This document shows, one piece after another, positions 62,042-64,000 of a stretch of 64,000 bases of DNA. How positions within the stretch are numbered: position 1 is the first letter of the stretch; every line of letters starts with the position of its first letter. The notes beneath the pieces were generated by a model that was not told the DNA's origin, made no database searches, and was given only the letters and a program-made list of their open reading frames with translations. This stretch comes from Auanema rhodensis (lineage: Eukaryota; Animalia; Nematoda), in assembly GCA_964057225.1 (NCBI GenBank), contig OZ059895.1:12958001-13022000 (forward strand), written 5' to 3'. The position numbers and the translations under genes were made by a program.

Positions 62042-62097
62042 AGCTTACGACACCCGGGATTCCCAAGCCGTCTCCGATCCAAGTACTAACCGGGCCC
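62042..62097 (-). pseudogene. 5S gene nt 64-119, interrupted by the BEL/Pao element
   Basis: 5S match ends at CGGGCCC|TGTCG. Confidence 0.92.
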
Positions 62098-62430
62098 TGT
62101 CGTTTGACAACTGGACTATTACCTCCAAGTATCAGTCCAAGTATGGAGTCGGTTCGTATGAGTGCGGTATTATGCGTTAAGACAAGTTAAATGAAGAAAG
62201 GTTTATTCAACAAAATGCAACAACAGTAAATTGAACAAGTGGATTGATTTACGAATTTCCAAGAAATTCCTAAAATCAAAACAAAATTGGTGAGACATAA
62301 AAATTTTAACCATTTGGTTCTCCCTTTTATAGGGAGGCACCAGATGGTTAAAGGGGGTGGAGTTAATACAAAAAAAAATACAACAAAACGTTAACACAAT
62401 AAAGTTCGTATTTTCACGTTGACCGTGACA
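62098..62430 (-). repeat. 3' LTR (333 bp)
   Basis: On -, the termini are TGTCACGG...ACGACA, with TATAAAAG at ~62325-62332, AATAAA at ~62202-62207 and a PPT at 62431-62438. Confidence 0.82.
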
Positions 62431-62439
62431 TTCCCGGCA

Positions 62440-62901
62440 TTATGTATATCTTTTACGTTTGACGTCACCACAGACCACCCCATGGTGAGTATCGGCCTTG
62501 CACTTATAGCAGGATACTTCGCACATTGTTGAATGTTTTGGGTTCAAACATTTTATGCATAGTCCCAATTCGTGTAAGCGTATGGTACGCTCTGGGGACG
62601 AGGGGTAAATCGGACAAGCAGCTGTACGATGGCCATCAGCTGTAGGCTTGTTGCAGAATATGCAGGAGGCTTTAGGAGCCGTCTGAACAGCTAAATTATC
62701 GAGCTTTAGATTCAGTGTGTTGTTGATGTTATCCAGGCGCGCGGAAATGTGGTTGACAGCGCTGGCGAGGTTATCATAAAACCTTTTCTCTAGAACCATT
62801 AGCTGCCTTAGGTTGGCAGTGGTGTTGGGTAGATGAGAATAATTTTTGAGATCTTCCTCAAAGGAAGTGTTCTCACTTAAATTGGACGTTATTTCATCCA
62901 T
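62440..62901 (-). CDS. Coiled-coil plus triple CCHC zinc-knuckle accessory protein
   Basis: CIFC..H..C, CIKC..H..C and CYKC..HH..C with BEL Gag-like spacing. The stop codon abuts the PPT. Confidence 0.75.
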   Translation of the reverse strand: MDEITSNLSENTSFEEDLKNYSHLPNTTANLRQLMVLEKRFYDNLASAVNHISARLDNINNTLNLKLDNLAVQTAPKASCIFCNKPTADGHRTAACPIYPSSPERTIRLHELGLCIKCLNPKHSTMCEVSCYKCKADTHHGVVCGDVKRKRYT

Positions 62902-63342
62902 TAGCACTGAATTGAGAAAAACAATGGTTTCCCTCTTTATATATTTGTTCGCATCTGTGGGTTGACCTATGATAAACGTCCCTTAGTTTATTGTAGAATA
63001 GTATGTGTTTACGGATACAATGTATAAAAAGCCTGTACAAAGGATTACTTTTTATGTGTATTATTTGGATAAATAAACTTGATGTTATCAAAGATTGAAG
63101 ATCTTGATAAAAAGATTTGTTTGTTTATAACTGTTGCATTTGTTTCTATATGTAGTGATTTTCTTTTGTTTATATTATTTTATGACCTATTTTTGCTTTG
63201 TTTATATTTTTTACTATTGTACTACGTGTGATTAGTAATTTAATTTTTATTGTATTCGTGAAGTTTTTGTACTTCCCTCTTGACTTTATTTTTTATTTTT
63301 TATTTTATTTTTTTTTTATTTTTATAGTTGTAATTGTTGCAG

Positions 63343-63774
63343 ATGTCACAATTACAGTATCAGGTTGAAGAGGAGATTGGAGAAGACGAGCTCGGTCCAT
63401 ATGAACTATGCGAACGATGCAAGGCGCAAGATACTCATCGCATACGGGAGGGCCCGGTAAGCTTATTATTTTTTTTTTTTTTTAATTTAATTAAATTTAT
63501 TTATTTATTTGTTTATTTTATTTTATCTCAGTATTGTTGCAGATGACAGACGATGAGCTTTATCCGGAGGATGGAGTCGAGCCAACTCGGGAGCAGCTCA
63601 TCTACATGTTCTCGAGGATGCCGTTGCCTCCCAACTGCAGATTCTGCAGGGCAAAGAACCCCCGCCACCACGAACGTGAGGAGGTAAGCTTATATATTTT
63701 AACTGTGAATGTAAGTATTGTTGTAGATGTCAGACGATGATGGTGAGGGGTATCCAGATATTTCAAGTATATAG
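63343..63774 (+). CDS. Three-exon antisense gene inside the BEL element (100 aa, acidic, two CxxC motifs)
   Basis: Exons 63343-63456, 63543-63683 and 63727-63774 are all phase 0. Donors are GTAAGC and acceptors are TTGTTGYAG. Confidence 0.6.
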
Positions 63775-63898
63775 TGTTTTTGTTTTGTTTTTGTTTTTGT
63801 TTTTGTTTTTTTTTTTTGTGTTTTTAAACTGTTCTTATAGCTAATTAATAAAGTTTTTTTTTTTTTTTTTTTTTTATTACTACAGTAAGATTAGTGTT

Positions 63899-64000
63899 TT
63901 AATTTTTATTTGTGCTAGACTCAGCTCTGTGTCTAGGATTCCTGAGCATTTTTCTCAGTAATGATGTAATGATCATTACAATTTTTATCATCTGAACGAT
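63899..64000 (-). CDS. Probable C-terminus of the BEL element's main/env ORF (hydrophobic segment plus basic tail), truncated by the window edge
   Basis: Open frame IVQMIKIVMIITSLLRKMLRNPRHRAESSTNKN*. Confidence 0.35.
   Translation of the reverse strand: MVQMIKIVMIITSLLRKMLRNPRHRAESSTNKN

Larger units (their letters stand above)
52258..62097 (-). repeat. 5S rDNA tandem array, segment 4 (inverted; dominated by 399-bp gene-deleted units)
   Basis: Only four intact genes in ~9.8 kb; there is no intact gene between 54060 and 59256. Confidence 0.96.
62098..64000 (-). mobile_element. BEL/Pao LTR retrotransposon, 3' end (continues beyond the window)
   Basis: 3' LTR preceded by a short purine tract GCCGGGAA, plus an ORF with the BEL-type triple zinc knuckle. 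Confidence 0.75.

Overview
AT-rich eukaryotic DNA, most likely a rhabditid nematode. This rests on the Caenorhabditis-like 5S sequence and ~40-50 bp GT..TTTCAG introns. The backbone is a tandem 5S rDNA array built from two unit types: 529-bp units with an intact 119-nt gene, and 399-bp units in which the gene is deleted after nt ~33. The array runs on + from 1 to 35663 and on - from 44917 to 62097. Elements of four unrelated superfamilies interrupt it. (1) A complete 16.5-kb Maverick/Polinton (8732-25261) sits inside a 5S gene with the 6-bp TSD GATCTG. It encodes a 13-intron pPolB, major and minor capsid proteins, adenain protease, packaging ATPase, a chromodomain integrase and accessory genes. 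(2) A Ty3/Gypsy LTR element (35664-44916) has a single 2430-codon ORF ordered Gag - signal peptide - class III/gB-like Env - TM - PR - RT - RNase H. It lacks integrase, ends in a different LTR and lies exactly at the array inversion. (3) A Mutator/MULE transposon (48120-52257, 9-bp TSD) sits inside a 5S gene. (4) The 3' end of a BEL/Pao element (from 62098) sits inside another 5S gene. The main signals are the clustering of insertion sites in or just upstream of 5S genes and the virus-like Gag-Env-Pol polyprotein carrying PSAP late-domain motifs. All gene models were read by eye and no database searches were run.
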